64,000 bases of DNA from an archaeon (GTDB lineage: Archaea > Nanobdellota > Nanobdellia > Woesearchaeales > UBA9642), in assembly GCA_043806035.1 (NCBI GenBank), contig JAZDHK010000028.1, positions 1 through 64,000 on the forward strand, written 5' to 3'. The position numbers and the translations under genes are program-made. This document shows, one piece after another, positions 44,964 to 55,314 of the stretch. A model generated the notes under the pieces. The model made no database searches, was not told the DNA's origin, and was given only the letters and a program-made list of their open reading frames with translations. The stretch's first letter is position 1. Each line of letters begins with the position of its first letter.

Positions 44964-46192
44964 CGACGTGACTTCAGAGGCGTTGCAGTAGCTGTCCGTG
45001 CGTGGAAGAAGACGCGTAACGAGCTCAGGACGATGGTGGCAAATATTGCTGAGTACGTCACTCCTGCAATGGTCGAAGCGTAGGCAAGGTTCATCTGCAA
45101 GACGATCTGGGCAATGGCTGCTGCCGCCAGCCCTCTGGCAAAGATGGCAGTAACCAATTGTCGTTCCTTTTCTTCGAAACCAGTGATGATGTATCTGCTG
45201 AGCATCCTCGTCAGCATCAGAGCAACGGCAATGCCCGCCCCTATGAGCAGCAGGGTGATGTCTGAAAAATCGATGAGGACGCCAACGTAGACGAAAAAGA
45301 ATGTCTTGAGAAAGAACGTCAGCTGCGCATAGAATACTTCCTCTTCCTTTGACGCCACGGCGACCGCATTAAAGTTCACTTTTCTCAGGATGAACTTGTT
45401 GAAGATGACTGTGATTTGCTTGCTGTTCCTGATCACGAGACCGAAGAACAATGCTGCAATAGCACCATTCCCCTGCATAAGCTCAGTAATCACATACAGA
45501 AAGATGAGATACGCTACGGTGAGCATGTAGAATTTATTGCCTTTGAAGAATCTCAGGACGATGACCATCCAGATGATGCCCGCAATGACGCCGATGAAGC
45601 CGGCGATGGCAAAGAGCGATATGATATTCACGACGATGGCTTGCGCGCTCACCGAACCGAGCTGGATGATCTCTATCGTTGCTAGAGCGAAGACGATGCA
45701 GAACACATCGGTCAAGGCGGATTCGAGCGTCAGCACGGAATAGATCTTCCCTTTTATGTTGAGCTGCTTGAGCAAAGGTATGACGAATGCTGAGCTTACC
45801 CCACCGAGGATGAACCCGGTGAGCAATGCGTAGAGTATGGGCAGTCCAACAATATAGAGAATGCAGGTGATGACTGCTGCCGACAGGATGAAGTTGAAGA
45901 GGGTTATGTTCAGGCTCTTGACGAATCCTTTTGCGAATGAGGCGAGATTGATGTTGAATGCGCCATCGTAGAGGAGGAAGAGCAGGGCGAAGGTGGTGAA
46001 GACGGGCGCATAGCTGGCAACTGCTGCTGGCGAGATGTACTTGAGGACGAACGGTCCCATCACTATGCCGAGGAGAATGAGCAGTAGCACATCGGGGACG
46101 TGGATTTTCTTGAAGAGAAACTCGGCAAAGTAGCCGAAGAAAAGGATGAAGCTGATGCCGATGAGCACGGGAATGACTTCGACCACGAACAA
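44960..46192 (-). CDS. Cation:proton antiporter (CPA1/NhaP-like)
   Basis: About 12 TMs, PDVLLLILLG..GP, LESALTD, RGLAAA. Confidence 0.9.
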   Translation of the reverse strand: MFVVEVIPVLIGISFILFFGYFAEFLFKKIHVPDVLLLILLGIVMGPFVLKYISPAAVASYAPVFTTFALLFLLYDGAFNINLASFAKGFVKSLNITLFNFILSAAVITCILYIVGLPILYALLTGFILGGVSSAFVIPLLKQLNIKGKIYSVLTLESALTDVFCIVFALATIEIIQLGSVSAQAIVVNIISLFAIAGFIGVIAGIIWMVIVLRFFKGNKFYMLTVAYLIFLYVITELMQGNGAIAALFFGLVIRNSKQITVIFNKFILRKVNFNAVAVASKEEEVFYAQLTFFLKTFFFVYVGVLIDFSDITLLLIGAGIAVALMLTRMLSRYIITGFEEKERQLVTAIFARGLAAAAIAQIVLQMNLAYASTIAGVTYSAIFATIVLSSLRVFFHARTATATPLKSRR

Positions 46193-46230
46193 AATGCAGA
46201 ACTGCAGATATTTAAATTATTCGCTTGCCC

Positions 46231-46608
46231 TCATTCTTGGGGGAGATAGTCGAGAAGGATTTTTGTTTCAGAAAATCTTGGTAGGTTCTCTCTCAGCTGC
46301 CCAAGTATGATTTGACGAAGGTCATCCTTGTTGTTGTCATCCCTGTTGACGAAAACGAGACGATGCTCATATTTCTGCTCGCTCGTTGCATGCTTGCCCA
46401 GATACAGGCACATGCCGCCACGCAATAATGGTATGTTGATATCCACGAGCGACATTGGACGATAATTTATCTCTTCAAAAGATAAATCGATATCATTGCC
46501 ACTATCCTGTTCTGCTCTGGCAACCGCATCCGTAATGATGGCACTCATCACGCTCTTCACATGATCTCGGTCATCGATACCGTCATTGTTCCAATCGCGA
46601 AAACCCAT
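46231..46608 (-). CDS. Hypothetical protein
   Basis: 125-aa ORF with GAGGA RBS and TTTATAAA upstream. Confidence 0.5.
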   Translation of the reverse strand: MGFRDWNNDGIDDRDHVKSVMSAIITDAVARAEQDSGNDIDLSFEEINYRPMSLVDINIPLLRGGMCLYLGKHATSEQKYEHRLVFVNRDDNNKDDLRQIILGQLRENLPRFSETKILLDYLPQE

Positions 46609-46742
46609 TATTTTTCCTCTTACTATTGAAATGACAGCCCATTTATAAACACTTCGTTTTTTATTTACTTATCAATGACAACAAGAACTGCTTGGACACG
46701 TGAACCTTTTTAAAGAAACAACCCTTTCCCTTAGACGAGAAC

Positions 46743-47240
46743 ATGAGCGAACAGCCACGAACAGGCATTGACGAGCAGGAACTCGCTGCATTCCTCGTCG
46801 AGGCAAAAAAAGCGACATATGCAGGGAATGGTACAGAAGTCACTCCCGAACGACCAGGATTCAAAGAACTCGAGTACAGCCAGGAAAAGTGGAATTATCG
46901 TGACAGCTATGTCGGTTTCTTCTCTGCACCAGGACAGGAAGTCGTCCGCTTCCAAGGAAAACCCGTCTGGATCATGAGCTACAGCGGCGGCATGCGTCCT
47001 CTTTTTAACACCAATATTGTTTACGCAAAAGAAGTGTTCGCGTTCCTCAAGAGATGCCTCCTGCTCATTCCTGAAGACAGTCCTTTCCGCGGACCAAAAC
47101 TGCACGAGGAGGGAGATTGGAAATACACGAACAACGTGCAAGGAGATCTTTCCTATTTCTTCGGCTATGAGAGCATCTTTCATCAGTCAGAGCTCGTCTT
47201 CAGACAACAATACATCGGAGGAGCGGTGCGAGAAAAATGA
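46743..47240 (+). CDS. DUF5680-like protein
   Basis: FLVEAKKATYAG, YRDSYVG..GQEVV, PVW.MSY.G, PFRGP, G.ESI. Confidence 0.75.
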   Translation: MSEQPRTGIDEQELAAFLVEAKKATYAGNGTEVTPERPGFKELEYSQEKWNYRDSYVGFFSAPGQEVVRFQGKPVWIMSYSGGMRPLFNTNIVYAKEVFAFLKRCLLLIPEDSPFRGPKLHEEGDWKYTNNVQGDLSYFFGYESIFHQSELVFRQQYIGGAVREK

Positions 47241-47803
47241 AAAGAGTCTTCATCATCCACGGCTGGGAAGGCTATCCTGAAGAAGGCTGGTTTCCTTGGC
47301 TCAAGCAAGAACTGGAAAGCAGAGGAGTTCAGGTCGCAATACCTGCCATGCCGAACCCACAAGCACCCACCATCATAGACTGGACGACATACCTTGCAGA
47401 GCAGGTGGGCATTCCTGACAAGGAAACATTTTTCGTCGGGCATAGCATCGGCTGCCAGGCCATCCTTCGCTATCTTGAGACGTTGCCCAACGACACAAAA
47501 ATAGGTGGCACAGTGTTCGTCGCAGGATGGATACACCTCACGCCAACGTCAAGCAACGATCCGGTCGCACTGCCCTGGCTCGAGACGCCACTACAGTGGG
47601 AAATTATTCGACGACACGTGGACACGTGCACGGCCATCTTCTCTGACAATGATGAGTATGTTCCTTTGCAGGACGCACAAATCTTCGAAGAAAAACTCAA
47701 CGCAGAAATCATCATCGAATACGGCAAAAAACACTTTTCCGGCAGCGACAATGTTACAGAACTGCCTGCTGCTCTCAACGCCCTCCTCCACATGATACCA
47801 TGA
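47237..47803 (+). CDS. RBBP9/YdeN family alpha/beta hydrolase
   Basis: IIHGW..GWFPWL, GHSIG, SDNDEYVP, KKHF. Confidence 0.9.
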   Translation: MKRVFIIHGWEGYPEEGWFPWLKQELESRGVQVAIPAMPNPQAPTIIDWTTYLAEQVGIPDKETFFVGHSIGCQAILRYLETLPNDTKIGGTVFVAGWIHLTPTSSNDPVALPWLETPLQWEIIRRHVDTCTAIFSDNDEYVPLQDAQIFEEKLNAEIIIEYGKKHFSGSDNVTELPAALNALLHMIP

Positions 47804-48366
47804 CCCTCAGCTCTGCATTCTATGCGAGAAACACAACTGCAGTAGCAAAAGCACTACTGGGAAAACTACTCATTCACGACTCACCACACGGCAGGACTGC
47901 AGGCATCATCGTCGAGACGGAAGCATACCTGCAGGATGATCCCGCATCGCACTCCTATTCAGGCAAGAGCAAACGCAATGCTGCAATGTTCGGCAAGCCA
48001 GGAACTGCATACGTCTACACCAGTTATGGTGTGCACCGCTGCTTCAATGTCGTAACAAACAAGGCAGGCATCGGCGAGGCTGTTCTGATACGCGCGCTCG
48101 AACCTGTCGAGGGAATATCGCTGATGCAGCGACGACGAAGAACGAAAGATGTGCATGCATTATGTAGCGGACCGGGAAAGCTCGTCGAGGCAATGGGCAT
48201 CACCCTGCAGGACAATGGCTGCACGCTTGACGGAAAACTACGTATAGTTCCAGGCAGGAGAAAAAAACAAAAGATCATCGCATGCAAACGGGTAGGCATC
48301 AGCAAGAACGTACACGCATATCTGCGATACATTATTAAGGACGCGGCATTTTGCTCTCGACCATGA
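47800..48366 (+). CDS. mpg: DNA-3-methyladenine glycosylase (MPG/AAG)
   Basis: IVETEAY, MFGKPGTAYVY.SYG.H.CFNVV, AVLIRALEP, SGPGKL. Confidence 0.95.
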   Translation: MTLSSAFYARNTTAVAKALLGKLLIHDSPHGRTAGIIVETEAYLQDDPASHSYSGKSKRNAAMFGKPGTAYVYTSYGVHRCFNVVTNKAGIGEAVLIRALEPVEGISLMQRRRRTKDVHALCSGPGKLVEAMGITLQDNGCTLDGKLRIVPGRRKKQKIIACKRVGISKNVHAYLRYIIKDAAFCSRP

Positions 48367-49469
48367 CCACGTATGCACAATCCGGCGTGCACATCGAACT
48401 CGGGAACCAGGCAAGCAAACTGCTCTACGAGGCAGCAAAAAAAACCTGGCAGTGCAGGCAGGGAAAACTGGGCGAGGTCATTGTCCCCGTCGATGATTTC
48501 TCAGGAATAAAATACATCAGGGCAGACCATCTCCCAAACGGAACGGTGTGGTTCGCCAACGCAGACGGCATTGGAACAAAGATCGAGGTCGCCGAGCGCA
48601 TGCAACGCTATGAAACGCTCGCGTTCGATCTCATCGAGATGGTGGTAGAAGATGCCGTCATCCGAGGGGGAGAGCCTGTCGCCGTCGTAAGCATCCTCGA
48701 CGTCAATACTATCAGCGAGCTGTCCAGCATCAAACAGATAGCACAAGGGTACACGAAGGCAGGTCTTGCTGCGAACGTCGCCATCATCAACGGTGAGCTT
48801 GCAGAGCTGGGCAGCAGAATTTCAGGATATGGCAGTTTCAACGTCAACTGGGGTGCGTTCTGCGTGTGGTTCGCGAACGAGCAGCGCTTGCTAACGGGAA
48901 AAGAAGTGCAGCCAGGAGATTATCTTGTCGGCCTCAGAGAGCGAGGATTCCGCTCGAACGGGCTGTCGCTCGTCAGGAAGATACTCAGCGATGAGCACGG
49001 CGACCAGTGGCATACGCGCATACGGAATAATGGGCAGTTAGGTGAGCAGGTGCTCGCGCCTTCTGTCAGCTACTGCACCGCCATCGTGGACATGCTTGGC
49101 GGATACGACCTGGAAAGGATTCCTCGCGCGGAGGTGCACGGCATTGCGCACATCACGGGAGGAGGGCTTCCTGAAAAACTAGGACGGATGCTCAGGCCAT
49201 CAGGACATGGCGCAGTCATCGATAACCCATTCGACCCGCCAAGTATCATGCTCTACTGCCAAGAGCTCGGCAAGGTAAACGATACTGCAGCGTACACGAC
49301 GTGGAATATGGGACAGGGCATGGTCATTGCAACACCGCATCCAAAACAAGCAGGTGATGTCGCGCGAGAATATGGGCTTACGGCGAAGGTCATCGGTTAC
49401 GTCACGTATGAGCAAGGCATTCACATTACCAGTGCAGGAATGGAAGGCAAAACACTTTTCTTCACCTGA
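48363..49469 (+). CDS. purM: Phosphoribosylaminoimidazole synthetase (PurM)-like protein
   Basis: TYAQSGV, DGIGTK, GELAEL, GFRSNGLSL.RK, AHITGGGL, TWNMGQGM. Confidence 0.85.
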   Translation: MTTYAQSGVHIELGNQASKLLYEAAKKTWQCRQGKLGEVIVPVDDFSGIKYIRADHLPNGTVWFANADGIGTKIEVAERMQRYETLAFDLIEMVVEDAVIRGGEPVAVVSILDVNTISELSSIKQIAQGYTKAGLAANVAIINGELAELGSRISGYGSFNVNWGAFCVWFANEQRLLTGKEVQPGDYLVGLRERGFRSNGLSLVRKILSDEHGDQWHTRIRNNGQLGEQVLAPSVSYCTAIVDMLGGYDLERIPRAEVHGIAHITGGGLPEKLGRMLRPSGHGAVIDNPFDPPSIMLYCQELGKVNDTAAYTTWNMGQGMVIATPHPKQAGDVAREYGLTAKVIGYVTYEQGIHITSAGMEGKTLFFT

Positions 49470-49473
49470 TCAA

Positions 49474-51621
49474 TTATCTGATCTTCCCATCAGTGACCTT
49501 CTCAATCAGGACATTCTTGCCATTAACAGTCATCATGACATCGTTGCAGTATGCCTTGCCTTCTTTCGCTTCGAGCGAGAATGTTGAGAATTCCTCGTAC
49601 GTGATCTGCTCTGCTGCGTTCTTGCCGATGTCGACAACGCTTCCTGGTGCAGCGTCGATGGTGAGAATGCCGATCTCTTTCCCGTCGTCTGCGGCAAGGA
49701 GCATGCCCTGGCTCTCTACTCCTCTGAGCGTGGTGGGCTTGAGATTCGCAACGATGATGAGGTTCTTGCCAAGCAAGTCCTCTTTCGCATAGTGCTGTCG
49801 TAATCCCGCGACGAGCTGTCGCTTCTCAGAACCGAGATCGAGCTGAAGCACGTAGAGCTTGTCAGCTTTTGGATGGTTGTCTACCGCAAGAATTTTTGCA
49901 ACACGAAGGTCTAGGCCAATGCGCTGCTCGACAGGTGTCTGTACAACTTCCTGCTGCGTGCCAGAGAATCGCTTCCTGAACGCATCAAGTTGTTCCGGCT
50001 CCACTTTCTTAAGGAGGAGGAATGGTTTGCCGAGCTTATGCCCTGCAGGCAGCGGCTTGCCTAGGTCATCCCACGAAAGATCGTTCATGTTGAGTTGTTG
50101 CTGCAGCTGCTTGGCAAGTCCTGGCAGGAAGGGACTCGCGACGATGCTGATGTCCTTGACGAGGTTGAGCAAATGCACGATAACGCTATCACATTCTTTT
50201 CTCGTGAACGATCCTTCTTTCGCGTCAGTGAGCTTCCACGGCGAGTGATCCTGGAAGTACTGATTGCCGAGTTTGGCGAGGCGCATGACTTCCTTGAGCG
50301 CAGCCCTGAGCTCGATGGATTCGAGCAGGATGGTGATGCTTGCGATAATCTCATCGCCCGCTGGCTTTTCAGGAAGAGACCCATCCTCAGTTGTGGGCAG
50401 TGCGGGAACTTTTCCCTGATAGTTCTTCTCGACAAAGAACAGCAGCCTATAGCAGAGATTTCCTAGATTGGCGACAAGCTCATTGTTAAGCTTTTCCCCG
50501 AAATCATTCCAGCTGAAGACCGTGTCCGCCTTTTCCGGACGGTTCGTGATAAGATAGTATCGCCACACGCTCGCAGGAATGTTTGTTTCCCGTGCGGAAT
50601 CGGCGAAGACACCAACATTCCTGCTTTTGCTGAACTTGCCATCCTCATAATTGAGGAATTCGTTGACGCTGAGCCTCTTGAGCAGAGTGTAATTTTCCTT
50701 CGTTCCCAGGAGGAATGCGGGAAAGAGTATGGTGTGGAAGGGAATGTTATCTTTGCCCATGAACTGCACGAGCTCGACGTCTTTCTCAGCAAGAGGCTTC
50801 CACCAGTCCTGCCAGTCTTTCCTGCACTCCTTAACAATACCGATGTAGCCGATGGGAGCATCAAACCAGCTGTAGAACACCTTGCCAGGCAGTCCGGGCA
50901 CAGGAATGCCCCACGACAAGTCTCTCGTTATGGCCCGCGGCTGCAGCCCTTCCTTCATCCACGCTTCTGTCGTGGTGACTGCGTTCTCGCTCCAACTGTC
51001 ACGCACGGTCAGCATCCAATCCGTCAGTTTAGGTGTCAGTTTCGGAAGGTCGATATAGAGGTGTTTTGTCGATTTCTTGACAGGAGTTGTTCCGCAGACC
51101 TTGCAGCGCGGATTAATGAGTTCGTGCGGCTCGAGGAGCTTGTTGCACTTGTCGCACTGGTCTCCTTTGGCATCGTCGAACGAACAGTACGGGCACGTGC
51201 CAATGATGAATCTGTCTGCAAGGAATTTTTTGCATTGCTCGCAGTACATCTGCTCCACATCTTTCTCAAGGATGAAGCCGTTCTCTTTGAGCTTGGTAAA
51301 GATGTCGAGAGTGACCTCTGCATTCTCCTTGCTCGACGTCCTGCCAAAGCAGTCAAATGCACACTCAAACCAATCATACAATTCTTTATGTGTAGCAAAG
51401 AACCTATCACAGCATTCCTTCGCCGTAATGCCTAACTCCAACGCTTTTGTCTCCGTCGTCGTGCCGTGTTCGTCCGTCCCCAGGACAGAAATCACATTCT
51501 CCTTCTTGAGCCGAAGGAATCTGGTGTAGACATCAGCGCTCACGACGCAGACCATGGTGCCGAGATGCGGCAGATTGTTTACGTACGGTAGTGCTGAGGT
51601 GATGAGGTACTTCTTTGCCAT
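49474..51621 (-). CDS. metG: Methionine--tRNA ligase with C-terminal tRNA-binding domain
   Basis: ITSALPYVN..PHLG, GTDEHG, Zn knuckles, WFDAPIGY, GKDNIPFH, KFSKS, DLRVAKI..HPKADKL. Confidence 0.98.
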   Translation of the reverse strand: MAKKYLITSALPYVNNLPHLGTMVCVVSADVYTRFLRLKKENVISVLGTDEHGTTTETKALELGITAKECCDRFFATHKELYDWFECAFDCFGRTSSKENAEVTLDIFTKLKENGFILEKDVEQMYCEQCKKFLADRFIIGTCPYCSFDDAKGDQCDKCNKLLEPHELINPRCKVCGTTPVKKSTKHLYIDLPKLTPKLTDWMLTVRDSWSENAVTTTEAWMKEGLQPRAITRDLSWGIPVPGLPGKVFYSWFDAPIGYIGIVKECRKDWQDWWKPLAEKDVELVQFMGKDNIPFHTILFPAFLLGTKENYTLLKRLSVNEFLNYEDGKFSKSRNVGVFADSARETNIPASVWRYYLITNRPEKADTVFSWNDFGEKLNNELVANLGNLCYRLLFFVEKNYQGKVPALPTTEDGSLPEKPAGDEIIASITILLESIELRAALKEVMRLAKLGNQYFQDHSPWKLTDAKEGSFTRKECDSVIVHLLNLVKDISIVASPFLPGLAKQLQQQLNMNDLSWDDLGKPLPAGHKLGKPFLLLKKVEPEQLDAFRKRFSGTQQEVVQTPVEQRIGLDLRVAKILAVDNHPKADKLYVLQLDLGSEKRQLVAGLRQHYAKEDLLGKNLIIVANLKPTTLRGVESQGMLLAADDGKEIGILTIDAAPGSVVDIGKNAAEQITYEEFSTFSLEAKEGKAYCNDVMMTVNGKNVLIEKVTDGKIR

Positions 51622-51677
51622 ACATGCTGGTGCGAGAAGCGTGTTTAAAAAAGTTGTGAAAACCAAGGTCGTGAAAA

Positions 51678-52112
51678 TTATTTCTTCAGCTGCTTGTTCA
51701 CGTACAGCACGCTGATAATAAACAACAGAAGCAGCACGATGACGCCGAATATGGACTGGTTCACGTTGAAGCGCAACGAGAAGAGGATGTTTAGCGCAGC
51801 ACCCACGAACAAGCCATAGGCGATGAGTGGCTCGAAGGGAATGAACCAGATGATGGCTACGGTGATGAAGCTGATGATTGCCGCAACGAGGAAACGGAGT
51901 GTATCATCATGCTGCATCTGCGTCTCATAAGCAATGCTTTCCAGGCGTTGCTGTTCAAGACAAGAATCATCCTGCGTGCCATTCACCATGCAGTCCTTCT
52001 GCGGATAGGCGTACGGGCTGGAAAAATTATCCCGAGGAAAGATGGTCGTTATGGAAATCTGCACCAACGGCAGATAAACAACGACCAATGCAACAACAAA
52101 CACCCACTGCAT
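51678..52112 (-). CDS. Hypothetical membrane protein
   Basis: Four TM segments with an extracellular Cys pair. Confidence 0.6.
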   Translation of the reverse strand: MQWVFVVALVVVYLPLVQISITTIFPRDNFSSPYAYPQKDCMVNGTQDDSCLEQQRLESIAYETQMQHDDTLRFLVAAIISFITVAIIWFIPFEPLIAYGLFVGAALNILFSLRFNVNQSIFGVIVLLLLFIISVLYVNKQLKK

Positions 52113-52219
52113 GAACTTGTGCTTCACTACACAACAAGACATAACGTTTTTTATAAATGTATCGGAGAATAGAAACGCATATAAATGCGCAGCGAAGCAG
52201 TGCACTTCCAGGTGATGCC

Positions 52220-52531
52220 GTGATCGAAATCTCAGACAAAACATTCACGAAAGAAACGAAAAACAAGACCGTCATCGTCGACTTCTGGGCAGAATGGTGC
52301 GGACCGTGCAAGATGATGGAGCCTATGTTCAAGGAATTGAGCAAGGACTATGACTGCATTGTTTTCGCGAAGATGAACGTTGACGAGCATCCTGATTTCG
52401 TCGCCGAGCTCGGCATCCAGAGCATACCCACTCTCATCGTCTTCAAGAACGGCAAGGAAACGGACAGGATTGTCGGTATGATGCCCAAGCCCGTGCTCAA
52501 GAAGAAAATGGATGGCATCTTTGGAAAGTAA
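52220..52531 (+). CDS. trxA: Thioredoxin
   Basis: VDFWAEWCGPCK, IQSIPT; GTG start after AGGTGA. Confidence 0.96.
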   Translation: MIEISDKTFTKETKNKTVIVDFWAEWCGPCKMMEPMFKELSKDYDCIVFAKMNVDEHPDFVAELGIQSIPTLIVFKNGKETDRIVGMMPKPVLKKKMDGIFGK

Positions 52532-52564
52532 ATATTTATAAACTGTCATTCTCAAGAAGCGTGC

Positions 52565-53536
52565 ATGGCCGATCGTCTTTACGAAAAAATTCTCAGCGCA
52601 AAACCCATATGGATGACAGGAGAGCGCGGCGATGTGCTTGGCATCCATCTCGTCTTGCAGGTGAAGCTTGGCGTGCTCGGCATGCAGAGGACGGAATACA
52701 TGGACGTGAGTCTCGACATGGCGTTCGAGCTCGGCATCCTTCCTTCTGACAAGCGTGCCGAGTTTGAGAAAATGAAAGAGGATGATCTCAAGACCTATTT
52801 CGAGAACAACATCAACAACCGTGATTTCCAGTTCAGGATCATCTCAAGCATCAAAGACAAAGCAGAACACGCATTGAAGAATGTCCTGCACACACCCATC
52901 ACTGCGTTCGAGAGCATCATCAGCAGGCATCCACACAAGCAGCACATCATCGACAACATCACCTACGAGCTGCACGAGTATGAGCTGAAACGAGACGACG
53001 AGCATCTGCAAAGAGCACTGACATATGCAGCAGGAGCCATTGGTGCATACTCGCAAGAATACGTCACGTATCTTCTGGGCGTTCTCAGCCACTTGCAAAA
53101 TGACATTGCAGACCATTACGCCGGACTCCACCCAAACACAGAATCAAAAAGCATCACTCTGTGGGAAAGAGAAATAGATAAACACACAAGCGCAGTCAAT
53201 GACCAACTCAAAAAAATCATGGAATGGATGACCAATCTCCCACACGCATTGCACATCAAATTAGAAGTGCACGTCCACGACCGAGTGGCTTTCCTTTCGG
53301 ATCCGAAAGAATTCAACGTCAGAGTGTACGCCCATCCAGACTCAAGCTCGCTCATCATGCATGATATGCCCCAGAAGATCATCGACACAAAACTCAAGCA
53401 GCAGTACGACCAGCACATGAACAAATACTTGAACAAGATTGTGGAAGTGCACACAATCGGCTTTTCCAGCCCGAAAGGACTGCCTGCAGTATTCTCCATC
53501 CTCGAACCGCCCAGAAACTACTACTATCTCAAATAA
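52565..53536 (+). CDS. Hypothetical protein
   Basis: 323-aa ORF with TTTATAAA upstream. Confidence 0.65.
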   Translation: MADRLYEKILSAKPIWMTGERGDVLGIHLVLQVKLGVLGMQRTEYMDVSLDMAFELGILPSDKRAEFEKMKEDDLKTYFENNINNRDFQFRIISSIKDKAEHALKNVLHTPITAFESIISRHPHKQHIIDNITYELHEYELKRDDEHLQRALTYAAGAIGAYSQEYVTYLLGVLSHLQNDIADHYAGLHPNTESKSITLWEREIDKHTSAVNDQLKKIMEWMTNLPHALHIKLEVHVHDRVAFLSDPKEFNVRVYAHPDSSSLIMHDMPQKIIDTKLKQQYDQHMNKYLNKIVEVHTIGFSSPKGLPAVFSILEPPRNYYYLK

Positions 53537-53971
53537 TCAGTCGTCGTCTGCATCTTTAGGATCGACATCCGCTTTTCCCTTCTTCTTATCCTTCATCTCT
53601 TTCATCTTCTTCGTGATGTCTATCGGCGCATTGCATTTCCTGCAGAAGACTCTCAGCGTTTTGACGCCATTGATGCTTTTCCTCTTGAACGGAACTTCCA
53701 TCTCGCCCGTCGCATTGCACGCAGGGCACGTGTAGGAAATGCACGCCAGCAGTGTCTCTTCATACGCTGACTTGTCAACAGTATATTTGCAGGCAGGACA
53801 GACGTACTCTTTCGCACGAATGGCGACTTTCCCCGCGACAATGGGCTTGCTCATCTTCGCCTTCTTGCATTTGGGGCAGTCCTGCTTGAAGACCCAGCAT
53901 TTCGTCAGGCCATTGCCCATGAATCTGTTCGTGAAATACACGCATTCATCAACGCTTTTAGGAAACTGCAT
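53537..53971 (-). CDS. Multi-zinc-ribbon protein
   Basis: Four CxxC pairs (CPKC, CPAC, CPAC, CRKC); GAGGTG RBS. Confidence 0.75.
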   Translation of the reverse strand: MQFPKSVDECVYFTNRFMGNGLTKCWVFKQDCPKCKKAKMSKPIVAGKVAIRAKEYVCPACKYTVDKSAYEETLLACISYTCPACNATGEMEVPFKRKSINGVKTLRVFCRKCNAPIDITKKMKEMKDKKKGKADVDPKDADDD

Positions 53972-53982
53972 ACCGCACCTCT

Positions 53983-54777
53983 TCATGCTTCGATTAGCTC
54001 TATGCTGATGCCAGGACGGAGCATGCGTTCTCTCGTCGGGCACAGCAGATATCGGTGTTTGTGCTGCTCACAATACTTTATTAAGGTTTCTTTTTCTTTC
54101 TCATCCGTCGTCTCGATGAGGACATTCCAGCCGTCACCGTAGCGATGGATAATGTCAAAGCGCACCAAGTCTTTCTTGATGATGCGCGATATGCTCAGCA
54201 GCCGCTCGCGGAGCAAAGGCAACTTCATCAGATTGGCGTACAACTCATCTTCTTCAACCAACGCCGCTTTCTTGAAATTCATCCTGAAGAAGTCCTTGAA
54301 ACTGTTTGCGGCAATCATCGCACCACCTGACTGCAAAGGTGCTTTCTCGAAATTGCAGACGGCGACATTGCCATACGTTGCCTGTTTCGTCCCTATGCTT
54401 CCCGAGACATCGTTGATGAGGAAGATGTTATTCTGCTGGCACCAGTAGTTGAGTCCATAGAAATCAGCAAGGACTGCGAATGAGGGCATGCTGTTGGCGA
54501 AGAGGACGACACGGTCGTAATGTTTCATGATACTGCCGAGAAAGAGCCCGTGCTTCGTAGGGAAGATGATAGCAGTCATATCCAGTCTCTCCAGAAGGTC
54601 CTGTGAGGGCACGATGCCGCCCTGGTCAGGAACGAGCACGGTCGAGAATCCCTTGTCATGCGCGAACTTCAGGGCAAGGATGATTGCGCTCTCCCACGTG
54701 TCCGTGAAGCAGATGTCTTCTTTCCTGACGAGCTCGGCGAGCATGTCCTTGCAGTCCTCACGAATCAGTTCAGGCAT
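53983..54777 (-). CDS. Divergent PLP-dependent transferase fold (DegT-like)
   Basis: VLVPDQGG, FLINDVSGSIG, CPTRERMLRPGISIEL. Confidence 0.55.
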   Translation of the reverse strand: MPELIREDCKDMLAELVRKEDICFTDTWESAIILALKFAHDKGFSTVLVPDQGGIVPSQDLLERLDMTAIIFPTKHGLFLGSIMKHYDRVVLFANSMPSFAVLADFYGLNYWCQQNNIFLINDVSGSIGTKQATYGNVAVCNFEKAPLQSGGAMIAANSFKDFFRMNFKKAALVEEDELYANLMKLPLLRERLLSISRIIKKDLVRFDIIHRYGDGWNVLIETTDEKEKETLIKYCEQHKHRYLLCPTRERMLRPGISIELIEA

Positions 54778-54851
54778 GTCTCCTGAGGAGTGAAGAAAGT
54801 TTATATGTGTTGTGCATAAACTATAAATAGTGCGCATTCACCGGACAGCCT

Positions 54852-55250
54852 ATGTACGCACTTTCTGTCAGAAAACCCTACGCAGATCTCATCCTCTCTG
54901 GGGAGAAAACAATAGAGATCCGCCATTGGAACATCCCGAAAAAATTCACGCTCCCCTTCACCGTCTTCGTGCACACGGGCCTGCGGGTCAGTGAAGACGG
55001 CATTTCCCTGTACGGCGAAGGTGACTTACCGAGAGGCTGCCTTGTAGGCAAGATAACAATCATCGGCGTCAAGAAATACGTGAGCGAAGAAGAATACACA
55101 CGGGACAAGGACAAGCATCGTGCAGTCTCTCCTAACTACTATGCTGAAGGGCGAACGTATGGATTTCTGCTCAAGGATCCTGTGCTTCTCGACAAGCCCG
55201 TGCTGTACAAGGGTGAGTTGGGATTTTTCAAAGTACATCTCTCTCAATAG
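54852..55250 (+). CDS. ASCH domain protein (ASC-1-like)
   Basis: ALSVRKPYADLILSGEKTIEIR, G.LVG, P..YKGELGFF. Confidence 0.92.
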   Translation: MYALSVRKPYADLILSGEKTIEIRHWNIPKKFTLPFTVFVHTGLRVSEDGISLYGEGDLPRGCLVGKITIIGVKKYVSEEEYTRDKDKHRAVSPNYYAEGRTYGFLLKDPVLLDKPVLYKGELGFFKVHLSQ

Positions 55251-55314
55251 AGTGGCTGTAACATAACGATGCCACTACAGAAATGCATAAGAAGAAGCAT
55301 CTCTAAACAAGCGC

